Positions 36,362 through 46,505 of a DNA stretch of 64,000 nucleotides are shown here, in pieces. Each line of letters opens with the position of its first letter. Position 1 is the stretch's first letter. The notes beneath the pieces are model-generated. The model did not search any database. It was not told the origin of the DNA and was given only the letters and a program-made list of their open reading frames with translations. A program made the position numbers and the translations under genes. The DNA lies in the sequence record OP744025; one strand, written 5' to 3'. This stretch comes from Escherichia phage A5-4.

Positions 36362-37899
36362 TGTCAAAAATTAGTCAAGAAGAAAAAGATATGATCGAAA
36401 TGCAAGTCTTCGAAGCTGAACGTATTATTGAAGCTGCAAGTCTTCAACTTATGCGCTTCAAAGCGTTCTACGGGGTGATGCTTTCGTCTATGCCTGTTAA
36501 AAAGGCGACGGAATGGTGTAGTACAATGGCGACTGATGGACGTAACCTGTATTACCATCCAGAGTTCGTTGCAGGTATGACAGAAGAACGTAAAAAATTG
36601 GTACTTGATCGACTTTCCAAATCTGAGAAAGATCCTAAAAAGCTGAAAGAGGGTATTGAGTTTATCAATGTCTTCTATCGTCGAAAGACTGCTCGTGAGC
36701 TTGCTCTTATTCTTGAGCATGAATGTGATCATGTGATCTCTGATCATGCTTCTCGTGGCAAGGGGTTTAATCACGAACTTTATAATATTGCTGCGGATCA
36801 TCGTATCAATACAACGGCGGTTCTTATTCACCAAAAGGGGGATGAGTTAGGTAAGGCATGGTTCCCTGCCGGAGAAAGAACAGTATTCGATAAGAATGCA
36901 GAATTTGGATTTATGGCCTGGTCTTACTGTGATTTCCGATTCAAAGATATGTATACTGAGCAGATCTATGAAATCCTGAATAAAGAGCAAGATGATAAAG
37001 AAAAATCCAAAGGGAAAGGTTCTGGTTCTGGAAGTGAAGAGGGTGATGGTGAAGAAGGTGGTCAAGGTCGTAAAGGTGTTGATCAGCACATGGATCAGAA
37101 TGGTGATCCAGAAGATTCAGAAGGTGATGGTATCGAAGATGCACTAGGAATCGACCGTAAAGCGAAGCCTAAGCAAACAGCAGAGGAACGCCAGTATAAC
37201 GATGGGGTTATGCGTCGAGCCATTGAGAATGCCGTACAGGCAGCAGGAAGCGGTGCACCGGAAGATGCTCGTCGTTTTGTAGAAGCGGCGGGTAAACCAA
37301 AGATTAATTATCTTCGTTTGTTGCGTAAAACTATTGAACGTCTGTTCAAAGATGATGTATCATATCGTCGTTTGTCACGCCGTAGTCACTCGTTAACTCG
37401 GACTCTTCGTGGCTCGGGTTACTTATCTGGACGACAGACGATTGGTTTACCCTCAAAGAATAAACAGAAGACTATTCGTGCAGGTGTCTTCTTCGACGTA
37501 TCTGGATCATTTAACGATGATCTGTTAAGACCAACAATGCGTGAGATTCGTGGATTGTGTAATCTTTACGATGAGTTTGAAGTTACAATGGCTTGCTGGT
37601 CAACAAAGGTTGGTAACATTGAAACGTATACGAAGAAGAATGTGAATGAGATTGCTAACTACAAGATCAAGACCACATTTGGTACGGATGTTTCTTGTGT
37701 GTTCGAGGCATTAGATGAAATGAAAGACCCTATGGATCAGATCATCATCTACACTGACGGTTACTTTGCTGATGTATCCCAAAAGAAAGATTGGGCCAAA
37801 AAGTATGGTAAGAATGTTCTTTGGATCATCCTGGGTCGTGGGTCTTCGTTCACCCCGCCTTTTGGCAAGGCAATTGATTTTGACAAGTATCTTAAATAA
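36361..37899 (+). CDS. VWA-domain protein with N-terminal HExxH metallopeptidase-like region (CobT-like partner of the AAA+ ATPase)
   Basis: 512 aa; HECDH (HExxH) near residue 120; Gly/Glu/Asp-rich linker; C-terminal VFFDVSGSF...IIIYTDGYF consistent with a VWA/MIDAS fold. Confidence 0.6.
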   Translation: MSKISQEEKDMIEMQVFEAERIIEAASLQLMRFKAFYGVMLSSMPVKKATEWCSTMATDGRNLYYHPEFVAGMTEERKKLVLDRLSKSEKDPKKLKEGIEFINVFYRRKTARELALILEHECDHVISDHASRGKGFNHELYNIAADHRINTTAVLIHQKGDELGKAWFPAGERTVFDKNAEFGFMAWSYCDFRFKDMYTEQIYEILNKEQDDKEKSKGKGSGSGSEEGDGEEGGQGRKGVDQHMDQNGDPEDSEGDGIEDALGIDRKAKPKQTAEERQYNDGVMRRAIENAVQAAGSGAPEDARRFVEAAGKPKINYLRLLRKTIERLFKDDVSYRRLSRRSHSLTRTLRGSGYLSGRQTIGLPSKNKQKTIRAGVFFDVSGSFNDDLLRPTMREIRGLCNLYDEFEVTMACWSTKVGNIETYTKKNVNEIANYKIKTTFGTDVSCVFEALDEMKDPMDQIIIYTDGYFADVSQKKDWAKKYGKNVLWIILGRGSSFTPPFGKAIDFDKYLK

Positions 37900-37908
37900 G
37901 GAGGATCT

Positions 37909-38280
37909 TTGAGCGAGTATACTTACAAGTTGTCAGTCGGTAGGCGTGGAGTGGTTATGACTATCAACATGATTAATGAAAGTGCGGAGGCTGTGAAATG
38001 GTGGGCCTCCACCTTTAACGGGAAAGGTTTTACTTTATCTCGTCATAAGGTTGGATCAGGAAAGCCAATAGATCTTGTCAAGGAGGACACTTTCTTGTAT
38101 CCTGATCGTATTGCTGATGAAGATATTGATTTCCTATCTGCTACGGTTGGTAGTTTGTTGGATGAGGAGCCAGACATTGTAAGGTTACTCTCTTTACTTA
38201 CAGCAATGTGGTCAGCAGGTCATGATGAGGAAAGTATGCATACGATGGTAAGGAATACGTTGAGACGTTGGTCTAAGTAA
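37909..38280 (+). CDS. hypothetical protein
   Basis: 123 aa; TTG start 8 nt after AGGAGG. Confidence 0.45.
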   Translation: MSEYTYKLSVGRRGVVMTINMINESAEAVKWWASTFNGKGFTLSRHKVGSGKPIDLVKEDTFLYPDRIADEDIDFLSATVGSLLDEEPDIVRLLSLLTAMWSAGHDEESMHTMVRNTLRRWSK

Positions 38281-38600
38281 CAACATTTCCTTTATGCCCA
38301 TTTAGGCATACAATACTATATTAGATGATAAACCCCTCAACCTGCTCGGTTGCTTCGACGGGGTTTATATATCTATTAAAAAATTAACCACACTCACATT
38401 CGTTCGGTACTTAATTTTTTAAGTCACCACAAAATTGTGTTGACACCACAATGAAACAGATGTAGAGTTAACAAGAGAAGGAAAGTCAATTGGATAAGTT
38501 TTACATATACTGTCTAACATTGGGATTGATCTTCATGATTGTTGGATCAGTGGGTAAAGTTTTACTCAATAGTTTTGGAATTTATTAAGAGGAGATCGTA

Positions 38601-38843
38601 ATGAGAGTACGTCAACATCGTGGTACATTGATCGAAAGTTTGAAAACTGTTAAACAGATTGAAGGTACAAAACAAGCTCTTGTGGATCATATCAACAAAG
38701 AGTTAGGTAAACCGTTTAACTTCTCTGTTGATTCGATCAGTATTGTGGAAAAAGGAGTTGATGAGCGTATCAACTGGAACAACCATCTGATCCTGATTGA
38801 TGGATTTGGTGTATTTGGTTATTGTGATCAACATCCTGTTTAA
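38601..38843 (+). CDS. hypothetical protein
   Basis: 80 aa; GAGGAG RBS upstream. Confidence 0.5.
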   Translation: MRVRQHRGTLIESLKTVKQIEGTKQALVDHINKELGKPFNFSVDSISIVEKGVDERINWNNHLILIDGFGVFGYCDQHPV

Positions 38844-38963
38844 GAGGTGGTTATGGGTATTAAATGGTGGTTGTTTGTAGTTCCTGCAAATGATAATGCA
38901 GGTGGTGATGGTAAACGTGCAGTCGCACAAACCTATGTCTATGGTCGTCATTAAGGGGTTATT

Positions 38964-39371
38964 ATGGATGCTTTTTTGAGTATGGTGTTTGCACTAACAG
39001 TGGTTGATTGGGTATTTATCGGTATCTATTTACTGTGTATTCCTTTTGTGATCTGGTTTTACATTGACCTTTTGGCAGGTACTGGCAAGGTAAGTGGGAT
39101 GGATTACTTCATGTTTATTGTTGTGATCCTGATGGGACCTTTAGCTTTGTTGTCTTTCCTTATTGCAAACATTGTGGTAAGAGGGGGCGCTATCAAACAA
39201 GCCATTCTTTTAAAGGTGAGTGGAACTGATATCGGTAAGAAGATCATTGTCTGGAACATTACACGTAAGCTTAAGAAGACTGATACCAAATGGGTTAATC
39301 CTTTAGAGCGAGCCGTTCAGAAACGTCACAAAGTCTTAATAGGGAGAAAACATGGGAAATGCAATCCGTAA
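38964..39371 (+). CDS. hypothetical membrane protein
   Basis: 135 aa with three hydrophobic segments. Confidence 0.5.
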   Translation: MDAFLSMVFALTVVDWVFIGIYLLCIPFVIWFYIDLLAGTGKVSGMDYFMFIVVILMGPLALLSFLIANIVVRGGAIKQAILLKVSGTDIGKKIIVWNITRKLKKTDTKWVNPLERAVQKRHKVLIGRKHGKCNP

Positions 39372-39512
39372 AATCAAGTGGAAGTTTTGGGAATACGCGC
39401 TGGTTGTTGCTGGATATCTTTTCGGATACGGTCATGAAGTGTACTATGGTGTGAAGCATAATCGAAACATGGCGTACTTCGCGTGGAAGTTTCCAGAGCG
39501 TAAGGAAAAGAA

Positions 39513-40034
39513 ATGAAAGTCACAGAAAGCTTAGTTAAAAAGCTTCGAATAGAAGAACTCCAGGAAGAAAGGCTCGATCCTATCGAGGTTATCATTGAGA
39601 ACTACGAGAATGGTAGAGGTAAGCTTATAGTCACCTCAAGTGGTAAGTCTTGGGTAGGCCAATGGAATGCAATGGGAGGTAGTGTAGAGTCCTTCATCCA
39701 ACGGGTAGATAATGACTACCTTATCGGATGTATGGGGCGAGCGCCTAAATTCATTGAAGACAAGGATGAAGATCCTGTCTTCATTAAGAAGATGATCTTG
39801 AAGCAACGCCGGACCGATTCAATAACTAAAGGGCAGGCGAGATGGGCTTGGGATTATACGGAGACGTTTGCCCCTGACCGTGATCACATCCTTCATGGGG
39901 TTCCTTTTGCGCTTCAACCCCTGAGGGAGTTAGAAGAACCTTGGTATCTGGACTGGCCCACAAAAATCAATACGGATTATGTACACCAAAGTAAGATCCT
40001 GGATGTTGTTCGTAAAGTCATAAAGCCAAATTAA
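39513..40034 (+). CDS. hypothetical protein
   Basis: 173 aa ORF. Confidence 0.5.
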   Translation: MKVTESLVKKLRIEELQEERLDPIEVIIENYENGRGKLIVTSSGKSWVGQWNAMGGSVESFIQRVDNDYLIGCMGRAPKFIEDKDEDPVFIKKMILKQRRTDSITKGQARWAWDYTETFAPDRDHILHGVPFALQPLRELEEPWYLDWPTKINTDYVHQSKILDVVRKVIKPN

Positions 40035-40108
40035 TCACAAAAAGGGGTTGACGGGAGTCGCCCCTTAAGTTAGACTTCAGTTATCGAAACAAAGAGGGGA
40101 AACACATA

Positions 40109-40324
40109 ATGACTAAGATTGTAACTTACGTGTTCGAAGGTGATTCTGTACCCAGTGAATTTTTTGAAGATGTTTACAGCAATGATCGTGGAGTGGAACC
40201 TTTAAAGGTTTTACTTGTTGATGTTACCAACTACGGTGATGATATCGAAGTCACAGTGCAAGGAACAACCCGAGAAGTCATTGATGAACGTATGAAGTAT
40301 TGGACACTGTTGCTGAAAAAATAA
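40109..40324 (+). CDS. hypothetical protein
   Basis: 71 aa ORF with GAGGGG RBS. Confidence 0.45.
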   Translation: MTKIVTYVFEGDSVPSEFFEDVYSNDRGVEPLKVLLVDVTNYGDDIEVTVQGTTREVIDERMKYWTLLLKK

Positions 40325-40356
40325 AAAAGTTATTTTAAATTACATAGGAGAAAGAA

Positions 40357-40980
40357 ATGGCTATCTATGCAAAACTGAAAGAAAGTAAGAAAAGTTATTT
40401 TATTTCAATGGACCCATCTAACCGACGTATGATTGAAAATCATGGTGATCGATTCATTGTTCGACCTTCTGAGAATAACGATTCTTACTTACGTCCGGTG
40501 GGTCCACGTATTGAGGGTCAGTTCTTAACATCCCGAGATATCGAAGAGTATTTCACATTCTTCCCTAAATGGTCAGCAGAGTCAGCAGAATACATCGTTA
40601 ACCTAGCGGTTCCACGGGGTCAAGTGGCTATCGACAATCAGTATCTGTTAGGGGATGGAAGTGTTAGTGATTACAAAATTAAAACAAGTCATCCGAATAT
40701 GTGGCGACTGTATAACTCTGATAACCCTGACGATTACGTTATGCTCAACCAAAGTAATTTAGAGAAATACTTCACTTTACAGGAAGATAGCTTAAAGAAA
40801 GCATTGGCTAAGTTTGATAATTACACTCCTGCACCTGTAGAAAAAGAACAGGAAGTTGTAGATACGTATGTTTTTGAAGTGAACATTAAGCGCACAGTCA
40901 GAGTTAAGGATGCGGAAGTCACAGAGGACAATCTGGATCAATTCATTGCACAGCTTACTAAACTGGTTAAAGGAGAATAA
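40357..40980 (+). CDS. hypothetical protein
   Basis: 207 aa ORF with GGAGA RBS. Confidence 0.5.
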   Translation: MAIYAKLKESKKSYFISMDPSNRRMIENHGDRFIVRPSENNDSYLRPVGPRIEGQFLTSRDIEEYFTFFPKWSAESAEYIVNLAVPRGQVAIDNQYLLGDGSVSDYKIKTSHPNMWRLYNSDNPDDYVMLNQSNLEKYFTLQEDSLKKALAKFDNYTPAPVEKEQEVVDTYVFEVNIKRTVRVKDAEVTEDNLDQFIAQLTKLVKGE

Positions 40981-40983
40981 AAG

Positions 40984-41298
40984 ATGATTATCGATGAAAG
41001 AACGCAAGTAGTTATTGACAAGACTTTCAGTGTACGTAAAAGTATCATTGCAGACATTAGTCTTGAGCGTATCACCGAGGAGGGTATTGATACTTCTGTA
41101 AACTATCCCTTGGTGGAAGAAGACTTCCTACGTAAAATTATGAAGCAGGGTTTTACCGACTACGTTCGGGTAGAAACGAACAAAGACATGTGGTTAGTTT
41201 TTACATTAACTGCGGACACTGATCACGAACAAGAATTCAATGTGGCATTGGCCTGGATTCTTAAATACTGTGATGACAATGATCTGGAGGTGATGTAA
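40984..41298 (+). CDS. hypothetical protein
   Basis: 104 aa ORF. Confidence 0.45.
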   Translation: MIIDERTQVVIDKTFSVRKSIIADISLERITEEGIDTSVNYPLVEEDFLRKIMKQGFTDYVRVETNKDMWLVFTLTADTDHEQEFNVALAWILKYCDDNDLEVM

Positions 41299-41525
41299 TG
41301 CACAAGCTTCCAAAGAACTTTCGATTCTATCGTGATCTGAAATTAAAGTCTGTACTGTTTGTCGAGAATTTAGAGTTAGAGGAGTTTTATGGTTTTGAAT
41401 GGTACAAAGGGGATATGGGAGAGATGAACTTAGAGAATGTTCTCAAATTTTGGGGAAATGATGATGGGGAAGGATACAGCCCCACACCAAAACACAAGCT
41501 TTCCCTTGTTGAGATTAGACAGTAA
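41298..41525 (+). CDS. hypothetical protein
   Basis: 75 aa ORF, overlapping start/stop. Confidence 0.45.
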   Translation: MHKLPKNFRFYRDLKLKSVLFVENLELEEFYGFEWYKGDMGEMNLENVLKFWGNDDGEGYSPTPKHKLSLVEIRQ

Positions 41526-41630
41526 CAAAAGAAGGGGCCTAAACAGGCCCCTGTAAACATAAACAAGCACAAGACGATAAATAACCTTACCAAAGATAAA
41601 AGGTCCTCACAAACGCATACAGGAGCTTAC

Positions 41631-42449
41631 ATGGCCTACCGTAAATTTGACCCACTGATCATTTATGAAGTTGTCCCAATGAGCGTCACCAATCCTCATG
41701 GTTTGCAATCACCTACTCCACTTGACCATAAGACAATGATCAGGAATGCAGAGTACACCTTAAGAGATCTTGAGAACGAAGAGATTGAAAGTGCTGTGCA
41801 TGGATTGAAAGACCTGATCCGTGAACTTGATACGGATGATTCTGTTCAAGAATATATTGAAAAGTCAGAGGCGCTAATCACGAAGTTTCATGAGTACCGC
41901 ACTAAGGTATCGCGTATTCTTGATGAAGCTTTTGATCCTTCATCAAAAGACCCGATAAATGATGACAAGGCAATAGCCTTACTCAGCCAAATAGCTGACG
42001 CTACTGACAGCATGGACCCTGGTTTTGTAAGGGCTGATCATACCTGTGTAGATCAGTTTCCTTTAGCCTATCTTAAATCCAAAAAAGCATTCGGTAGTCT
42101 GGCTTTTGTCTGGGAGTATGAGAAAGATTCCCTTACTCGTTACATCAATCGGGTAGGTAAGAAAGATACTTCAGTTACGTTAAATATCTTTTGTGATGGT
42201 TCCTTGATGGTCCATAACAACTGGACAAAAGAGAGCATCCTCTTTGGTAAAGAAAGAGATCAGAAATTTAAACTGGTAAACTATATCCGTTTCGCAACAG
42301 AGGATAGTAAAATGGGTAAGTCATTTAAAGAGGAGGACTTTAAAACTTTCTTTGAGGATTGGCTTTCCCCAACAGAAGAAGAGATCCAACTCTTCAAGGC
42401 TGTAAATGGGGATGTTTCGTTCGACCTCTACACACTTTTTAATGAGTGA
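41631..42449 (+). CDS. hypothetical protein
   Basis: 272 aa ORF; last gene before the iteron region. Confidence 0.5.
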   Translation: MAYRKFDPLIIYEVVPMSVTNPHGLQSPTPLDHKTMIRNAEYTLRDLENEEIESAVHGLKDLIRELDTDDSVQEYIEKSEALITKFHEYRTKVSRILDEAFDPSSKDPINDDKAIALLSQIADATDSMDPGFVRADHTCVDQFPLAYLKSKKAFGSLAFVWEYEKDSLTRYINRVGKKDTSVTLNIFCDGSLMVHNNWTKESILFGKERDQKFKLVNYIRFATEDSKMGKSFKEEDFKTFFEDWLSPTEEEIQLFKAVNGDVSFDLYTLFNE

Positions 42450-42746
42450 TATTTGTTCGCTGAAACAAATTCAGATTTCAGATCCAAAATCTATTTGAGA
42501 TATTTCCCTGTGATATTTGTTTCATGGGGAATTTTCAGATTTCAATTTGAAATTCTATTTGAGATAAATTTAAGACTCCTGCCACCGTGCCCCATCCATA
42601 CTGTGTCATTCCTGCATACCTGCACCACTAGATCAACTTAGTTGATGCCCCTCTTACAGACTCACCCTCCAGATTCAATACGTTACTGCTCCACTATACA
42701 TACGATACAAAGCAAACATACGACACTCATGACCAGAATAATTTGA

Positions 42747-42912
42747 GAACTTGAGAGGTTTTTCATTTTTGAGATCGTAACCTGAAAACTGTGCACGAGA
42801 ACTTGAGAGGTTTTTCGATACAGGGATTAGGAACTTGATAGCTTTTTCATTTTTGAGTTTGCATTTGAACTTGAGAACTTGAGCTACAGGCCAGATACTT
42901 GAGAGGTTTTTC
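42747..42912. repeat. iteron-like direct repeats
   Basis: Five copies of GAACTTGAGAGGTTTTTC-like units at 42747-42764, 42799-42816, 42831-42848, 42867-42884 (partial) and 42895-42912, inside an 800-bp ORF-free region. Confidence 0.7.
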
Positions 42913-43269
42913 AAATTTCAGTTTCATTTCAAAATTGAAAAATTTTTCATAAGCATAAAAGTATAGAGGTTGTCAAGGTCTTTGATAAGAAATTTTTCAG
43001 GGGGTGAGAATTATTCTCATTTGCAAAATAGCGGGCAGGGGTGGTGATTGCCTCGTGAAACCGTCCTCATCACCGTGAATATATAATAGCACCGTTTTTG
43101 ATTCGAAAGCAACAACATTTTAAAAATATTTTTCGGTAAATTTTAGGCGAGCTACCAGCGATTATAGCTATCGATGCCCTTCGGCTATCATCACCCAAGT
43201 TTAACGCCGTTGGTAGGCGATTGTTTTCCTATGTAGGCATTATGGCCCCTGGCGGGGCCGTTGTCAACA

Positions 43270-43551
43270 TTATTTTTTATCTTCTTGCCAGGTAAGAACG
43301 CCTAACCAAAAATACACGTCGCCCTTAGCGTTCGGCGGTATCTTGCTTTCTTTCCCGCCAGCACACGCCCAAAGGTAACCATCGGTAAACGTATCAAGGT
43401 AGTCCATATCTTCCACCTTTCGATCCGCCAGGTTAAGGATAGTATTAACGTCTAAGCCTGTTGCGCTTGCTACCTGGTAGACCGTGCCACCTTGCCAGCC
43501 TAACGAGTGCATAAGATGCAAAGTAGTAGTAGTAGTGGTGATGGTAGTCAT
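43270..43551 (-). CDS. hypothetical protein
   Basis: 93 aa; poly-Thr N-terminus MTTITTTTTTL; isolated leftward gene. Confidence 0.4.
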   Translation of the reverse strand: MTTITTTTTTLHLMHSLGWQGGTVYQVASATGLDVNTILNLADRKVEDMDYLDTFTDGYLWACAGGKESKIPPNAKGDVYFWLGVLTWQEDKK

Positions 43552-43748
43552 AGTATCGCCCTTTCTTCTGTTGTGCGCCCTGGTTGGCGCGGTAAAAAGA
43601 CTATAAATGATCTTCCTTTATATGGCAAGGAAAAAGAAAATTAAAAAAGATTGAAAATAATGTTGACGTGGTGAATCTGGTAGCGTAGTATTCATCTCAT
43701 CGAACGGCGACATGCCAACAAGTAAACAAATAAAAGGGCAACAACAAA

Positions 43749-43934
43749 ATGAATAAAAGAATTACAAACGTAAATCCTGGCGAACGTTTCCAACATGAGG
43801 GGCATTTGCACACTGTAGTAAGCAACAAAGAGCATACTGTAAGAGTAAATAGAAATATCTTGCAACTTCGCGATCGTTTTGGTATCGTACAGACTTACAC
43901 TTTCGAAGCAAATAAAACAGTTAAAACTTTCTGA
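43749..43934 (+). CDS. hypothetical small protein
   Basis: 61 aa; promoter TTGACG-N17-TAGTAT upstream. Confidence 0.45.
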   Translation: MNKRITNVNPGERFQHEGHLHTVVSNKEHTVRVNRNILQLRDRFGIVQTYTFEANKTVKTF

Positions 43935-43945
43935 GGATTTTTAAA

Positions 43946-44281
43946 ATGGCACTAGTCACTAAGTATTTCATTGAAGGCCAGCAAGCGGCGCAACAAGGTT
44001 ACAGCCGTGTTACTCGTTACAAGAAAGAAGAAAACAAGATTGAATTTTTCAAGGGTTACGATAGTGTAAACCGTGATGCAATGGTCCTACGCTTCGAATC
44101 CGATCCAGTGGGCAAGCCTGTTACCTCTTACCAGGCATCACCGCAGATTGTTTATGTTGGTACTGTTAAAGAATGTAACGACAAGTTAATCACTTTGAAG
44201 CAGGCCGATCGTGCGGGTTACTTTGTTGTTTACACTGCTGACGGTAAGCCTTACCAGTACGAAAGCAAATATTTTAAATAA
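43946..44281 (+). CDS. hypothetical protein
   Basis: 111 aa; GAGGA RBS. Confidence 0.5.
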   Translation: MALVTKYFIEGQQAAQQGYSRVTRYKKEENKIEFFKGYDSVNRDAMVLRFESDPVGKPVTSYQASPQIVYVGTVKECNDKLITLKQADRAGYFVVYTADGKPYQYESKYFK

Positions 44282-44362
44282 AAAGTATTGACAGAAAGAA
44301 AGAAGTAAATTAAATTATACCACGTAACGCCGCAATCGTGCGGCAATAAAAACTGATAGGAA

Positions 44363-44584
44363 TTGAACAAAATGGCTAAAATCATCATTAAAAAATCCCG
44401 TGTATCTTCTGTTGCTCGCGTCGAAATGGTAAACACTATGCCAGGTTACCGGACTCGCGAGGAAGCCCGAAGCGTTGCAAAACAGATTAAAGCCCGTGGC
44501 TTAACTGTAAGTGCACCGACCAAAACACAAGAAGGATGGAAGGTATCTATTAAATCCGGTACACTGTCAATCAATAAACACTAA
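44363..44584 (+). CDS. hypothetical small basic protein
   Basis: 73 aa; promoter (TTGACA at 44287) and stem-loop upstream. Confidence 0.5.
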   Translation: MNKMAKIIIKKSRVSSVARVEMVNTMPGYRTREEARSVAKQIKARGLTVSAPTKTQEGWKVSIKSGTLSINKH

Positions 44585-44801
44585 TAGCCAAAACATTAAC
44601 GGGGCAACTTTGCCCTCATTAAATAACATTATCCAGGAGTATTAACATGACTAGCCAAAACACTAACATTGAAAAAATCAACATTACTAAAGAGCGTAAA
44701 GCATGGAATGAAACATTAAATCTCAAAGGTAAGAAGCTGAATAAAACTAAACGCGATCGCAGTACAAAGCGGGCCTTTTGTGAATTTACAGCGGATCAAG
44801 A

Positions 44802-45101
44802 GTGATGATTAAAGTTATTGCACTTACTGCTTTATTGTGTATACCATTTTTGGCGCACGGTACTAAGTTTTACGGTGCTAACTTGATAGATTGTAAAGCT
44901 CATATGCTGGACCATGAAACAGGCAACAAATTTCTTAAGCCTTTCCAGATCAATCCGGCGGCATTTAGTGACGGTGTTTTGTATCAGGAAGGTAAAGCCA
45001 GTACGCTGATAATGCATTACGATCCGGCAACAAAGAAAGGTAGTCTATCAATCCAGGTTGGAGAGGTGGAAGAGTTTTCCGGTGAAATAGTCTGTAATTA
45101 A
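44802..45101 (+). CDS. hypothetical secreted protein
   Basis: 99 aa; N-terminal signal-peptide-like MMIKVIALTALLCIPFLAHG. Confidence 0.5.
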   Translation: MMIKVIALTALLCIPFLAHGTKFYGANLIDCKAHMLDHETGNKFLKPFQINPAAFSDGVLYQEGKASTLIMHYDPATKKGSLSIQVGEVEEFSGEIVCN

Positions 45102-45109
45102 TATCTTGA

Positions 45110-45136
45110 GGCCCGTCATTGTACGGGCCTTTTTCT
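45110..45136 (+). terminator. rho-independent terminator
   Basis: Hairpin ggcccg-tcattgta-cgggcc followed by ttttt. Confidence 0.6.
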
Positions 45137-45290
45137 TTTATGAAAATAATTTTGAAAATGTTGTTGACAGTAAAATCGATTCTGTTAAGATGTATCACAT
45201 CAGGACGGGGAACGAAGTAAACACTCCCCGTTAAGTAGTCCAGGAGTAAGACATACGAAAAACTCCCCTGATAAAAAGATTTAAAAGTGG

Positions 45291-45318
45291 TTGACACAAA
45301 ATTAAAAACTGTTAAGAT
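45291..45318 (+). promoter_or_regulatory. promoter plus stem-loop cassette
   Basis: TTGACA (45291-45296), 16-nt spacer, TAAGAT (45313-45318); GC hairpin ggcggcaatagtgccgcc at 45330-45347; then RBS and ATG 45368. Confidence 0.6.
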
Positions 45319-45367
45319 GTATCACATACGGCGGCAATAGTGCCGCCTCCAACAAAGAGAAATTATC

Positions 45368-45619
45368 ATGGCTAACAAAACTAAAACCACTAAAACTTAT
45401 AACGGTCACAAAAACAAAAATCATTGGAACGTTTCTCTATGGCTTAACAATGATTCATCACTTTACCAGCTGGCGAAAGAATTTATTAACGCTAACACTA
45501 ATCGTAATGATGCGGCGCGGGATATGATGATTTTTCTGGAACAAACTGGACAATATAAAACTCCAGACGGTTTCAAGTACAGCACTACGGCGATCCGTGC
45601 TGCAATGGTTGGAATGTAA
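45368..45619 (+). CDS. hypothetical protein (paralog of 47186..47425)
   Basis: 83 aa; shares HKNKxHWNVSLW...TPDGFKYSTTAIRAAMVGM with 47186..47425. Confidence 0.6.
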   Translation: MANKTKTTKTYNGHKNKNHWNVSLWLNNDSSLYQLAKEFINANTNRNDAARDMMIFLEQTGQYKTPDGFKYSTTAIRAAMVGM

Positions 45620-45675
45620 TATTCAATACTGTAACAATGGCGGGATTAGTTCCCGCCTTTGCGGAGAAATATCTA

Positions 45676-45963
45676 ATGAGCAAAGTAATTGACTGTAAAG
45701 TGTTAACCAAATCATTGTCAATCAGTGAGTGCACCAATGGTTATTGGCTTTATGATGAAACACGCGGCATGAATCTGGCTATGGAAGCTAAAACGGCTGA
45801 GGCGGCGTATGTGCAAGCCCTGGAATACTACCAGAGACGTTTAAAGGAAGTAGAAAACAATTATCAGAATCTCAAAGAGAAAGTAGATCATTTCGTTGGT
45901 CAATTCGTTGACGATGACGAGGAAGACGGGCACTACTGCAACCGCTGCGGATCTTACAGTTAA
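45676..45963 (+). CDS. hypothetical protein
   Basis: Track ORF 45637..45963 trimmed to ATG 45676 (MSKVIDCK...) because the first 13 codons lie in the upstream stem-loop; CNRCG near C-terminus. Confidence 0.45.
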   Translation: MSKVIDCKVLTKSLSISECTNGYWLYDETRGMNLAMEAKTAEAAYVQALEYYQRRLKEVENNYQNLKEKVDHFVGQFVDDDEEDGHYCNRCGSYS

Positions 45964-46049
45964 GTACTTGCAATTAGTTTTAAGTACTGTATAATGTTTT
46001 ACATCGAGAGCGGGAATAGTTCCCGCCTCACATCAAAGAGATTAAAATT

Positions 46050-46277
46050 ATGGCTATCCTTATTGTTCGTGTATCCGGTACAGTTGGTAACTCCCAGGTT
46101 GTAGCAGTTGTAACAAGCAAAAAGATTAATGAATCTTCTAAAATCTTGAACGAATGGGCCGTTGCTAACTTTGGTCAATGGTCGAGCGTCGAGTATCTCG
46201 AATCTTACCAGGTGCCAACTATTAGCCTAACCGATCTCAATGTTGATCGCCTGTTATGCCTGGATGAATTGATTTAA
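46050..46277 (+). CDS. hypothetical small protein
   Basis: 75 aa; stem-loop gcgggaatagttcccgc upstream. Confidence 0.5.
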   Translation: MAILIVRVSGTVGNSQVVAVVTSKKINESSKILNEWAVANFGQWSSVEYLESYQVPTISLTDLNVDRLLCLDELI

Positions 46278-46361
46278 AAAGTAGTTGCAAAGTAAAACGA
46301 ATAAAGTATAATACATTACATCAGGGGGAGAAATGATTCTCCCCACTAAAAGGAAACTAAA

Positions 46362-46505
46362 ATGAAAACTTGTCAGTGTGGTAAAAAGTCTATTGCTGGT
46401 CTGCGTCGCGGTGTTGCTTTATGCCAGTATCATTACAATAGTCAAGTATGGGGTAAAACGTGGGCTGACCAGGTTGAAGCAGCAAAGAAAGCAAAAAGTA
46501 ATTGA
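46362..46505 (+). CDS. small Cys-rich protein (47 aa), not in ORF track
   Basis: ATG 46362 follows the stem-loop ggggagaaatgattctcccc; translation MKTCQCGKKSIAGLRRGVALCQYHYNSQVWGKTWADQVEAAKKAKSN; replaces the unlikely minus-strand ORF 46390..46707. Confidence 0.4.
   Translation: MKTCQCGKKSIAGLRRGVALCQYHYNSQVWGKTWADQVEAAKKAKSN

Noticed and set aside
36364-37144. Minus-strand ORFs inside the VWA gene (36364..36834, 36847..37089, 36941..37144)
   Set aside because: Antisense to a 512-aa ORF with recognisable motifs; His/Leu-rich low-complexity translations.
42675-42914. Minus-strand ORF (79 aa) in the iteron region
   Set aside because: Its repetitive translation (EKPLKF / EKAIKF) is produced by the DNA direct repeats; no RBS.
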